From: Solirubrobacteraceae bacterium
GTDB lineage: Bacteria > Actinomycetota > Thermoleophilia > Solirubrobacterales > Solirubrobacteraceae
Direction of reading: 5' to 3'
Assembly: GCA_036264565.1 (NCBI GenBank)
Contig: DATAQR010000002.1
Coordinates: forward strand, 1-44,712
Length of the DNA stretch: 44,712 nt
Shown here: positions 16,554 through 24,562 of the stretch, in pieces
Position numbering within the stretch: the stretch's first letter is position 1
How the letters are laid out: each line of letters begins with the position of its first letter
Translations under genes and position numbers: made by a program
Notes under the pieces: model-generated
The model's input: only the letters and a program-made list of their open reading frames with translations
Told to the model about the DNA's origin: nothing
The model's database searches: none

Positions 16554-19170
16554 TGAAGGCGAGCGCGGGGGACACGCGTGAGGCCATGTAGCTGGGGACG
16601 GTGGCGATGGCGAGCACGACGGCGAGCACGAACGCGAACAGCTCCAGCGGCCGCAGGCTCGCGCCGAGCACAGCCACCGGGAAGCCCGTGACGTGGCGCA
16701 GGTAGCCGTCGATCACGAGCTGCCCGTAGATGCCGGCCAGCGCGCCGGTGAGGCAGCCGGCGCCGAGCATGAGCGTCGATTCGCACAGCAGGATCAGCCG
16801 CAGTCGTCGTCGCCGCACGCCGGCGAGCCGCAACCCGGCGAGCGAGGCGCGTCGCTGCCAGATCGCGGAGGTGAGCGCTGCCGTCATCGACAGCACGGCG
16901 GCGAGTATCAGCAACGTCGATATCTCTTCGAGCTGGTTGAGTCCTTCGCCGGCGAGCGCGTCGATGCTCGCCTCGCGTTCGCGCGCGCTGCTCGCCCGCA
17001 GGCCGCCGGCGGGTCCGAGCGAGCGTTCGATCTCCTCCCGCACCTTCGCCGGGCTGGTCTCTGGAGCGAGCCGCACGCCGAACGCGGTCGGCGCGTGCGT
17101 CGCCCACAGCCGGCCGTAGTCGGCGCTGTCGAGGAAGATCGCGCCCGGGCTCCACGCGAGGTTGGTGGTGGTCGCTGCCACGCGCATACGCACGGGGCCG
17201 CTCGGGGTCGGGAGCATCAAGGCCCCGCCCACCCCGGTGTGCAGCTCCAGCGCGATCTGCTTGGAGACGGCGATCCAGCCGCCTTCGCGGAGCCTGCGCT
17301 GCGCGAGCGCGGCGTCACCTTCGAGGATCTGACTCGCCAGGACATGGCTCGCCCAGCCCGGCGGGCGAGCGATCAGCCATACGCGCCTCCCGGCGAGCGC
17401 CAGGAAGCCGCCCTGGAAGGCGCCGACGCCGGCGACACCCGGCAGCGCGGCGACGCGTCGTTGCACCCCGCTCGCCTGGAAGTCGACGGTCGCCTGGTTA
17501 TCGCCTGGACTGCCGACCCAGACCGGCGCGTCGGCGGCGTAGCCGCGAGCGAATCCTTCGATCCCGCGCAGCAGGTCCGAGCGCGCACCGCCAAGCGCGA
17601 TGCTGCCGAACAGCGCGACCGCTCCGGTCGCGGCAAGCGCGAGTGAGCGAACCGTAGTGGAGCGAAGCGAGGATAGTGCGACGGGCAGGATCGTCAGTCG
17701 CTGGTTTCGCTCGCTGAGCAGTCGCGCCCCGCGCAGCACGCCGGCGAAGACAACCGGAACCGCGAGCACTGTCGCCACAGCGAGCAGCGCGCACGCGAGC
17801 AGCGCCAGCGACGGCGTGCTCACGAACAGCACGGTCGCGCAAACGAGCAGGCCGGCGGCGGCGATGCCCAGCCAGCGCCGGGGGCCGGCAGTCAGCGTCT
17901 GGCCGGGTCCTCCGTGCTCGCGGTAGACGGCGTCGAGCGGGCGCCCGCCGCGCAGGTCGAGCAGCAGCACCGCCGAGGCCAGGCACGTCGCCAGTACTCC
18001 GCCCAGCGGCGCCAGCAACAGCGGCTGCGCGGTGACGGCGGTGTGCGCGCCGAGCGTGAACGCCTCGTCCAGGTAGCCGGTGGACGGCCGCAGGATTCCG
18101 CGCGAGAGCGCAAACCCCCCGAGCAGCCCGACTAGCGACGCCGCGAGGCCGAGCGCGAGCGCTTGGAAGGCGAGCATCTGTGCGATCGCCGTCCGACGCG
18201 TGCCGAGCAGGCGCAGGTCGGCGATCGCGCGTCGGCGCTCAGGTGCGGTGAGCAGCAGCGCCGTGCCGGCGAACAGCAGCCCGAGCAGCGCGCTGATCGT
18301 CGCGAAGAACGCGCTGGCCTGATCGGACGGGCGCAGCGCCTGGTGCAGGAGATCGAGGTCCTGGTCGATCGGGGCGACTTCAAAGCGCCTGCCCGCCACG
18401 GTCTCAAGCTCGCCGCGCACGGCGTCTTCGCGGCCGTGAGCGGCTTGCACGAGGATGCGCGTCAGGCGACCGCGCAGTCCGGCGAGTCGCTGCAAGTCTT
18501 CGAGTGGCATGACCGCAACCTGCGCCTGGGCGAGCGCGCCGAAGGTTTCCGCTCCGAGCACTGCGGAGACGCTCAACGGATGGTCGGCTCCGCGCAACAG
18601 CAGCGACACGCTGCGTCCGGTGGGATCGGTCGCGGGGTCATGGGAGGCGCCGTGTGGCGCCGTAGCGAACGGGATCGCCAGGCCGAGCGCCCGTGCGGTG
18701 GCGGCGCTCAGGCCCACCCCTCCGGCCGTGAGCGTGGCCGTGGGCAGCGTGTGGGCGAGCCCGTCCAGCACCACGAGGCTGGTATCGGCCCCGGCGAGGT
18801 CGACTCTGACCTGCCGGTCACCGGACGCTCGCAGCGTGGCGTTCTGCTGCAGCAGCGGCGCAGTCTGCTTGACCCCGGGTAGCCGTTCCACACGCGCCAG
18901 CAGGGTTTCGGGCAGGTCGGCGCCGTCGCGCGAGATCAGCTGCAGCGTCGCCGGACCGGCGACGCTGCGCAGCACTTCGCCCGCCGAGCCGGCGATCGAG
19001 CCGGCGGCGACGATCGTGGCGAACACGAGCGCCACGGCGACCGCGACGCCGACGCCAGCGAGCAGCTCCTGGACGGCGTGTACGCGCAGCCGCCGTCGAT
19101 AGAGGTAGATCAGCGCGTAGGGTCTCATCAAGGCCCGCGCCCGCCTGCCCTGCTGGCCTGTCGCGCTCAT
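16546..19170 (-). CDS. MacB/FtsX-type ABC transporter permease (two fused MacB-like halves)
   Basis: Pattern of TM, large extracellular domain, 3 TMs, repeated twice; ERRRAIADLRLLG and QRRASLAGLRLAG coupling motifs. Confidence 0.88.
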   Translation of the reverse strand: MSATGQQGRRARALMRPYALIYLYRRRLRVHAVQELLAGVGVAVAVALVFATIVAAGSIAGSAGEVLRSVAGPATLQLISRDGADLPETLLARVERLPGVKQTAPLLQQNATLRASGDRQVRVDLAGADTSLVVLDGLAHTLPTATLTAGGVGLSAATARALGLAIPFATAPHGASHDPATDPTGRSVSLLLRGADHPLSVSAVLGAETFGALAQAQVAVMPLEDLQRLAGLRGRLTRILVQAAHGREDAVRGELETVAGRRFEVAPIDQDLDLLHQALRPSDQASAFFATISALLGLLFAGTALLLTAPERRRAIADLRLLGTRRTAIAQMLAFQALALGLAASLVGLLGGFALSRGILRPSTGYLDEAFTLGAHTAVTAQPLLLAPLGGVLATCLASAVLLLDLRGGRPLDAVYREHGGPGQTLTAGPRRWLGIAAAGLLVCATVLFVSTPSLALLACALLAVATVLAVPVVFAGVLRGARLLSERNQRLTILPVALSSLRSTTVRSLALAATGAVALFGSIALGGARSDLLRGIEGFARGYAADAPVWVGSPGDNQATVDFQASGVQRRVAALPGVAGVGAFQGGFLALAGRRVWLIARPPGWASHVLASQILEGDAALAQRRLREGGWIAVSKQIALELHTGVGGALMLPTPSGPVRMRVAATTTNLAWSPGAIFLDSADYGRLWATHAPTAFGVRLAPETSPAKVREEIERSLGPAGGLRASSAREREASIDALAGEGLNQLEEISTLLILAAVLSMTAALTSAIWQRRASLAGLRLAGVRRRRLRLILLCESTLMLGAGCLTGALAGIYGQLVIDGYLRHVTGFPVAVLGASLRPLELFAFVLAVVLAIATVPSYMASRVSPALAFNE

Positions 19171-19895
19171 CCCTCCGCGCTCGCCGAGCGCGCGACCGTC
19201 AGATCCGGCCGGCCGACCTGGCCTGGCCTGACCTCGATCAGGCGCCCGTCGCGCATCGCGCAGCCGCGGTCGGCGATCTGCGCGGCCTCGGCGTCGTGGG
19301 TGACGAACAGCACCGCCGCGCCGCTCTCGTGGGCGATCTCACGCAGCAGACGCACGATCTCGCCGCTGCGCACGGTGTCGAGGTTGCCGGTCGGCTCGTC
19401 GGCGAGGATCAGGCGCGGCTCGCCGGCCAGGGCGCGCGCGATCGCCACGCGCTGGCGCTCGCCGCCGGAGAGTCGCTCGGGAGTGCGGTGCAGGTGTCCA
19501 TCCAGACCGACGCGCGCGAGCCAGCCGCGCGCGCGTCGGTGTGCCTCGCGCGTTCCCATGCCGCCGAGCACCAGCTTGATCGAGGCGTTCTCCAGCGCCG
19601 AGACGCGTGCCATCAGCTGCGGGCTCTGGTAGACGAAGCCAACGTCGTGGTGAAGGTAGTCTGACGCCTGTGCCTCCGACAGGGATGTGAGCTCGCGCCC
19701 GGCGAAGCGGATCGTGCCTTCGTCGGGAGCGATCAGCGCCGCGATCAGCAGCAGCAGCGTCGTCTTGCCCGATCCGCTCGGGCCGTGCATGGCGATCATC
19801 TCGCCCGCGTGGACGCACAGGTCGACGCCGTCGACGGCGCGCACGTAGTCGTGCTCGCCGCGGTAGTGCTTGACCACTCCTTCGAGCTCCAGCAT
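19167..19895 (-). CDS. ABC transporter ATP-binding protein (LolD/MacB family)
   Basis: GPSGSGKT, LSGGERQRVAIARAL, ILADEPTGNLD, VTHD. Confidence 0.95.
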   Translation of the reverse strand: MLELEGVVKHYRGEHDYVRAVDGVDLCVHAGEMIAMHGPSGSGKTTLLLLIAALIAPDEGTIRFAGRELTSLSEAQASDYLHHDVGFVYQSPQLMARVSALENASIKLVLGGMGTREAHRRARGWLARVGLDGHLHRTPERLSGGERQRVAIARALAGEPRLILADEPTGNLDTVRSGEIVRLLREIAHESGAAVLFVTHDAEAAQIADRGCAMRDGRLIEVRPGQVGRPDLTVARSASAEG

Positions 19896-19924
19896 GGCGA
19901 TCGCGCCGGGTCGGCGGCGACCGG

Positions 19925-20635
19925 TCAGACGCCGGCGAGGCGGCGCAGCGGCAACACCTGCGCCCCCTCGCGCACGTGCTCGCCGCGCAGCACCCCTTCG
20001 CTGAGCGCGAACGCGCGGTCGGCGCCTAACAGTGCCGTGGCGTCGCCGGCGCTGACCAGCACGGTGATCCCTTCGTCGGCGAACGTGCGCAGCAGCGCGA
20101 GGATGGCGTCGCGCTCAAGCAGGTCGACCCCCTTGACGGGCTCGTCGATCACCAACAAGGCGGGGTCCTGCACGAGCGTGCGAGCCAGCGCGACCCGCAC
20201 CGTCTCGGAGCTGTCGAGAGCGTGCGTGCTCGAGGACGTGCAGTGGCTGGCCTCAGCGCGTCGCAGCGCCTCGTGGGCGCGCGTACGTGCGATGGTGGCG
20301 GTGACTCCGCGCGCGAGTTGGGCCAGAACCAGCTCGTCAAGAACGACACGCCCTTCGCTCTGGTGGGCGTCGAGGCGGACATAGCCGACACCCCGCCCGA
20401 GGGCGTCACCGCCACGAGCTCCCAGCTCGCGCCCGGCGAAGCGCACCACCCCGGCGTCGGGCGGCTCGATGCCGGCGGCGATGCGCAGCAGCGTCGAGCG
20501 CCCGCAGCGGCGCGGACCCCACACCGCGACGAGCTCGCCCGGTTCGATCGTAAGCGAGATGCCGCGCAGGACAACGTGCTCCAGCGCGCCGTGCCGGTGG
20601 TGCCGGCTGACGCGATCGAGCTCGAGCAGCGTCAT
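19925..20635 (-). CDS. Degenerate ABC ATP-binding protein
   Basis: ABC fold with GPRRCGRST, LDSSE, LVIDEP and no H-loop His; ATGA overlap with the PadR stop. Confidence 0.85.
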   Translation of the reverse strand: MTLLELDRVSRHHRHGALEHVVLRGISLTIEPGELVAVWGPRRCGRSTLLRIAAGIEPPDAGVVRFAGRELGARGGDALGRGVGYVRLDAHQSEGRVVLDELVLAQLARGVTATIARTRAHEALRRAEASHCTSSSTHALDSSETVRVALARTLVQDPALLVIDEPVKGVDLLERDAILALLRTFADEGITVLVSAGDATALLGADRAFALSEGVLRGEHVREGAQVLPLRRLAGV

Positions 20636-21195
20636 CGCCGCGCGGACGGTCGGGTGGCGAGCGCCGTCAGCTGGCGGCGGGCGTAGAGGATCCACGACAG
20701 CTTGGCGTCGGCCGCCAGGCGTTGCTCCTCGCTCAGTAGCCGCTCCGCGGTCGCGTGGCCATCGACGGGCATGTTTGCACCGTCGACCGGCCCGGCCGTG
20801 GCGGCCTCACGCAGGCAGGAGCGCTCGAGCTGCTCTATCACGGCCAGCGCGTCCGGCGCCGCCAGCATCGCGAGTTGGCGCACGAACAGGCGCGAGCGCC
20901 TGCGCTCCTCCGCCAGCTGGCCGACCAGCCACTGGCGATGCTCGCTGACCCCCTGGGCGGTGGCGCGGTAGTGAGGCTTTGGCTGGCGCACCCCCGCGAC
21001 TTCGCCGTTCTCGGCCGCTATCTCCTCGATCAGGCCCCGGTGCTCGAGCGTGTCCAGCGCGGTGTAGATCTGGGACATGCTCGAGAGCTCGAGCGAGTCG
21101 CCGTGGATGCGCTCGAATCGCTGCACCAGCTCGTAGCCGTAGCTGGGACGGTGGATGACCAGGCCCAGCAGCGCCCAGGAGACCGGTGAGCGCAT
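20632..21195 (-). CDS. PadR-family transcriptional regulator (alternative start 21237)
   Basis: WALLGLVIHRPSYGYEL...SQIYTALDTLEHRGLI...YRATAQG. Confidence 0.88.
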   Translation of the reverse strand: MRSPVSWALLGLVIHRPSYGYELVQRFERIHGDSLELSSMSQIYTALDTLEHRGLIEEIAAENGEVAGVRQPKPHYRATAQGVSEHRQWLVGQLAEERRRSRLFVRQLAMLAAPDALAVIEQLERSCLREAATAGPVDGANMPVDGHATAERLLSEEQRLAADAKLSWILYARRQLTALATRPSARR

Positions 21196-21494
21196 GGTTC
21201 CCGAGTAAGATCGCGCCGCTGCCGTCGACTCGATCATACCCCTTGACTGCGTGACCCTTGACCTCATCCTGGCTTGGAGGGTACCACCGCCACGTCCTCG
21301 TTTGGCCCTTGGATGCGTCCCACGGTCTAGAACATTCACAATCTAGAATCATCTAGTTTCGGGCTTTCGCAGAGCGTCGAGGAGGTAGAGGATGGCCCGG
21401 CTATGGAACGCGAGGGGAGCGCTTACATCGGTAGGGTTCGTATGTCGCCGCGCCCGCGTGGCGGCGGTACTGAGGTCGCGTGGAGCGCGCCTCG

Positions 21495-22949
21495 ATGAGG
21501 TCGCTCCTCGACGCGTTGGCCCGCGACCGCGAGCCTCGGCGGAATGGCGGCCGCGATCTCCGCGGAGACGCCGTAGCGGACACGCGCTATCAGAAGCTAA
21601 GCCCGCATCCCAACGGGCCTTCGCACGAGCAGGTCGCGGCGCATCAGCGTGGGCGGCTGCGCCGGGCGATGGTCGAGGCCGTTGCCCGAGACGGGTATGA
21701 CGCCATCACGGTCGGGCGGCTGTGTGCCCTGGCGGGGGTGTCCAAGCGCGCGTTCTATGAACTGTTCACTGGAAAGCCAGACTGCTTCGAGCTTACTTAC
21801 GAATACGTCACGCATCGCAGCGCGCGTCGCCTAGCGCTGGCGTGCGCCGTCGGCGAGCCCGGCCGCCAGCTCCTGCAGGATGCGCTCGGCGAGTTCCTGC
21901 AGGGCGTCGCGCGTCAGCCCGAGTCCGCCAGTTTCGTACTGGTGCACGCGCTCGACTCCACCCCGGCGGCGCTCGAGCGTCGCGAACGGGTGGTCGCCCT
22001 GTTCGAGCAGAGGATCGCCGCCTGCCTACCCGGCGGTGAGTTGCTCAGCCCCGCGATCCGGCGAGGGATCGTGGCGGGCGTGGCCGAGGTGACGCGCGCG
22101 CGGTTGCTCGACGGTCGGGCGAGCGAGTTGCCAGACCTGGCAGGCGAGCTGGCGGACTGGGCCTGGTCGTGCGCGCACGCCGCTGCGATTGCGGCGTGGC
22201 GGGTAAAGACGCGCGAGCGGCACGCCGAGCCGCGAGCCGCGAGCGGCACCCGTCCTGAACGGCGACGGCTGCACCTGGTGGAGCCTGCGCGGAACCCGGA
22301 GGATCGCGGCGAGAGTCGGCTGGATCGCTCACCGCGCGGCGAGCGCCGGCTGCTGTTCGAGTCGGCGATCGCGCTTGCGGCGCGCGCCGGGGTGCTCGCC
22401 CTGACGCCGGGCGCTCTGGCGGCGGACTCCGGTATCTCCAGCCGGCGTGTGAACGCACTGTTCGAGGGAGCCGACCAGTGCCTGCTCGAAGCGCTGCGCT
22501 GCCTTGGCGAGGAGCTGCTGGCGGGCTCGGCGCTTGCCGGCACAGGCGCCGAATCCTGGCAGCAGGCGGTGCGGCGATCAGTTGCCGCACTGCTCGGGGG
22601 TCTCGTCCACGCACCCGCGCTGGCGCAGGTCATGTTCATGGAGGCGCTAGCGGTTGGCCCGCGAGCGGTCGCGCTGAGATCGTCGCTGTGCGCTCGCGGC
22701 GCGCGTTCGCTCTCGCTGAGTGTGCCCGCCGCTCACCGGCCCTCCGCGGTCGCCTGCGAAGCGAGCACGGGAGCGGTGTTGGGGATAGTCGAGCGCCACG
22801 TGGTCAAGGGAGCGGTCGGTCGTCTGCCGCGCCTGGCCGCGCCCGCCTGCCTGCTGCTGCTCGCCCCGGCTATGGGTGCTGGCGTTGTACATGAGACAGA
22901 GCGCTCGGAGAACGATCCGTTTGCGCGCCTGACACTCGTCGGCGCCTGA
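21495..22949 (+). CDS. Tandem (two-module) TetR/AcrR-family regulator; start uncertain
   Basis: QRGRLRRAMVEAVARDGYDAITVGRLCALAGVSKRAFYELF; second, degenerate HTH RRLLFESAIAL...SGISSRRVNALF. Confidence 0.85.
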   Translation: MRSLLDALARDREPRRNGGRDLRGDAVADTRYQKLSPHPNGPSHEQVAAHQRGRLRRAMVEAVARDGYDAITVGRLCALAGVSKRAFYELFTGKPDCFELTYEYVTHRSARRLALACAVGEPGRQLLQDALGEFLQGVARQPESASFVLVHALDSTPAALERRERVVALFEQRIAACLPGGELLSPAIRRGIVAGVAEVTRARLLDGRASELPDLAGELADWAWSCAHAAAIAAWRVKTRERHAEPRAASGTRPERRRLHLVEPARNPEDRGESRLDRSPRGERRLLFESAIALAARAGVLALTPGALAADSGISSRRVNALFEGADQCLLEALRCLGEELLAGSALAGTGAESWQQAVRRSVAALLGGLVHAPALAQVMFMEALAVGPRAVALRSSLCARGARSLSLSVPAAHRPSAVACEASTGAVLGIVERHVVKGAVGRLPRLAAPACLLLLAPAMGAGVVHETERSENDPFARLTLVGA

Positions 22950-23026
22950 GCGCATCCGGCGCGCGCGCCGGCCCGGCCGTCGCCGGATCGACCTTTGAAC
23001 GCCGTCCGTCAGGATCGGACAGACAC

Positions 23027-23089
23027 GAAAACCGGACCGAGGCGCCCGTTCGGTACTGCTTGCACGATCGGCGCCCCGGCTCCGGCCCA
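23027..23089 (+). repeat. 63-bp hairpin-forming element, copy 1
   Basis: 59/63 identical to 23434-23496. Confidence 0.88.
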
Positions 23090-23433
23090 TTGACACTCAC
23101 GCCGACCATCGGGTCGGTAGGAGCGATACAAATAGTATCGGATAGGGCGCGAGTGGCCGTAGCCCGCGATCTGCATCTCAGAGCGGCGAGATCGGCTGGT
23201 TCTGTTGTGTTATCCACCCGACCGGAAACTTCACCAGAAACGACTTCACTATTTACTATGGGCTATCGCACGAAATTGCATGGATCTGGCGACGCTGGCC
23301 CCACGGTGTTGCCGAGTCGCGCTAAGATCATGTTGCGACGTTCTGACATTGGGCATTCTCCCGATTATCCAGCGGCCGTCGTTTGAGACCGATGGCGGTG
23401 ATGGAGCCTGTCCCAGGGTCGGTCCGGTCGCGA

Positions 23434-23496
23434 GAAAACCGGGCCGGGGCGCACGTTCTGTACTGCTTGCACGATCGGCGCCCCGGCTCCGGCCCA
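23434..23496 (+). repeat. 63-bp hairpin-forming element, copy 2
   Basis: Stem gccggggcgc/gcgccccggc; last 37 bp identical to copy 1. Confidence 0.88.
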
Positions 23497-23681
23497 GCCA
23501 TAGACCAACCAGAAACGACCTGTGGCGGTTGATTGACTTTGCTTCCCCCGTCGATGATGCTAAGTCTCGACGCAAAGTGGGTGTCATGTCCGCCGAGCGT
23601 CATAGGCCTCCGGACCGTTCTTGCACGATCGATCTGGGGCACAAACCAACCAATGACACTCCTTTAGGAGGAAATGACATA

Positions 23682-24404
23682 GTGAGTAAGAGGACAAGAC
23701 ATATCAGTATGATGGGGCTTACGCTAGTGGCGATGCTCGTGATGGCGGTGGGGGCTTCGTCGGCGTTCGCAAGCGAATTTACACTTGAAGGAGGCGGCAG
23801 CATCGCAGGAGTCACCTTCTCAGGTGTCGGCACCATCCCGCCCGAATTCGAAACTTCAGGAGGCGCAAAGGTCACCTGCGAAAAGAGCGAAAGCACCGGC
23901 AAAGTCCTCAATAGCAAAGAAGCCGAAACGGTTGCCACATTCACAGAAAGTACCGGGAAAAAAGAATGTGAAATCAACGGAGGGCTAGCCGGCCACGCGA
24001 CGTGCGGGAAATCGATCGTAACTGAAAAACTGACGATCGAACCAGTTGAAATCGGCGGTACAGGCTCTAAACGCGGCGTGGTGCTCTCGAACAAAAAAGA
24101 AGAAAAAGGAGTGATGGCCAAATTCACATGCACCGGCACCGTCGGCAACGTCGTGGTAAAGGGCCGGCTCGTCTGTGAATCCAAGGGCGCGAACGTCGGC
24201 AACAATACCGTATACGAAAATAAAGGCGAAGTCGTCTGTGAAAAGGGTACGAAAGCTGGCGAACAGCTGTTCACGAAAATCACCAATAGCTCCGAAGTAT
24301 TCGAACTAAAGGCAGAAGCTGGAACAATTTTCAAACTCACCGAAAAAGACGCTCAGATCACGACAGAAAAACTGATGTATTCGGCAAACGTCAAACAGAC
24401 ATGA
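23682..24404 (+). CDS. Secreted 240-aa beta-rich, Glu/Lys/Thr-rich protein with 6 Cys (possible major structural subunit)
   Basis: AGGAGG at 23666-23671, GTG start, classical signal peptide ending SSAFA, alternating beta-strand pattern. Confidence 0.8.
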   Translation: MSKRTRHISMMGLTLVAMLVMAVGASSAFASEFTLEGGGSIAGVTFSGVGTIPPEFETSGGAKVTCEKSESTGKVLNSKEAETVATFTESTGKKECEINGGLAGHATCGKSIVTEKLTIEPVEIGGTGSKRGVVLSNKKEEKGVMAKFTCTGTVGNVVVKGRLVCESKGANVGNNTVYENKGEVVCEKGTKAGEQLFTKITNSSEVFELKAEAGTIFKLTEKDAQITTEKLMYSANVKQT

Positions 24405-24428
24405 GCCGCAGAGTCAGTCACGAATCGC

Positions 24429-24499
24429 TGGATGGCTAGCAAGGTGGATAGCTAGCAAGGCCGTACAGGGTCGGCGCCACGTGCGCCGGCCCCGGCCTT
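24429..24499 (+). promoter_or_regulatory. 16-bp tandem repeat followed by a strong intercistronic stem-loop
   Basis: tggatggctagcaagg/tggatagctagcaagg; stem aaggccg-gggtcggcgc / gcgccggccc-cggcctt. Confidence 0.6.
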
Positions 24500-24562
24500 G
24501 TCAACTGGACGAGCGGCACGGATGAGGGACCGAAGAGAGACAGGGGACAAAGGGAGCGGAGC

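Noticed and set aside
23536-23600. c-di-GMP-I riboswitch suggested by gacgcaaag
   Set aside because: The upstream GGCAAACC/GNRA stem is absent.
23205-23681. N-terminal 159 codons of the 399-aa ORF
   Set aside because: It overlaps the repeat-rich leader and has no protein-like composition. A strong RBS and signal peptide define the start at 23682.
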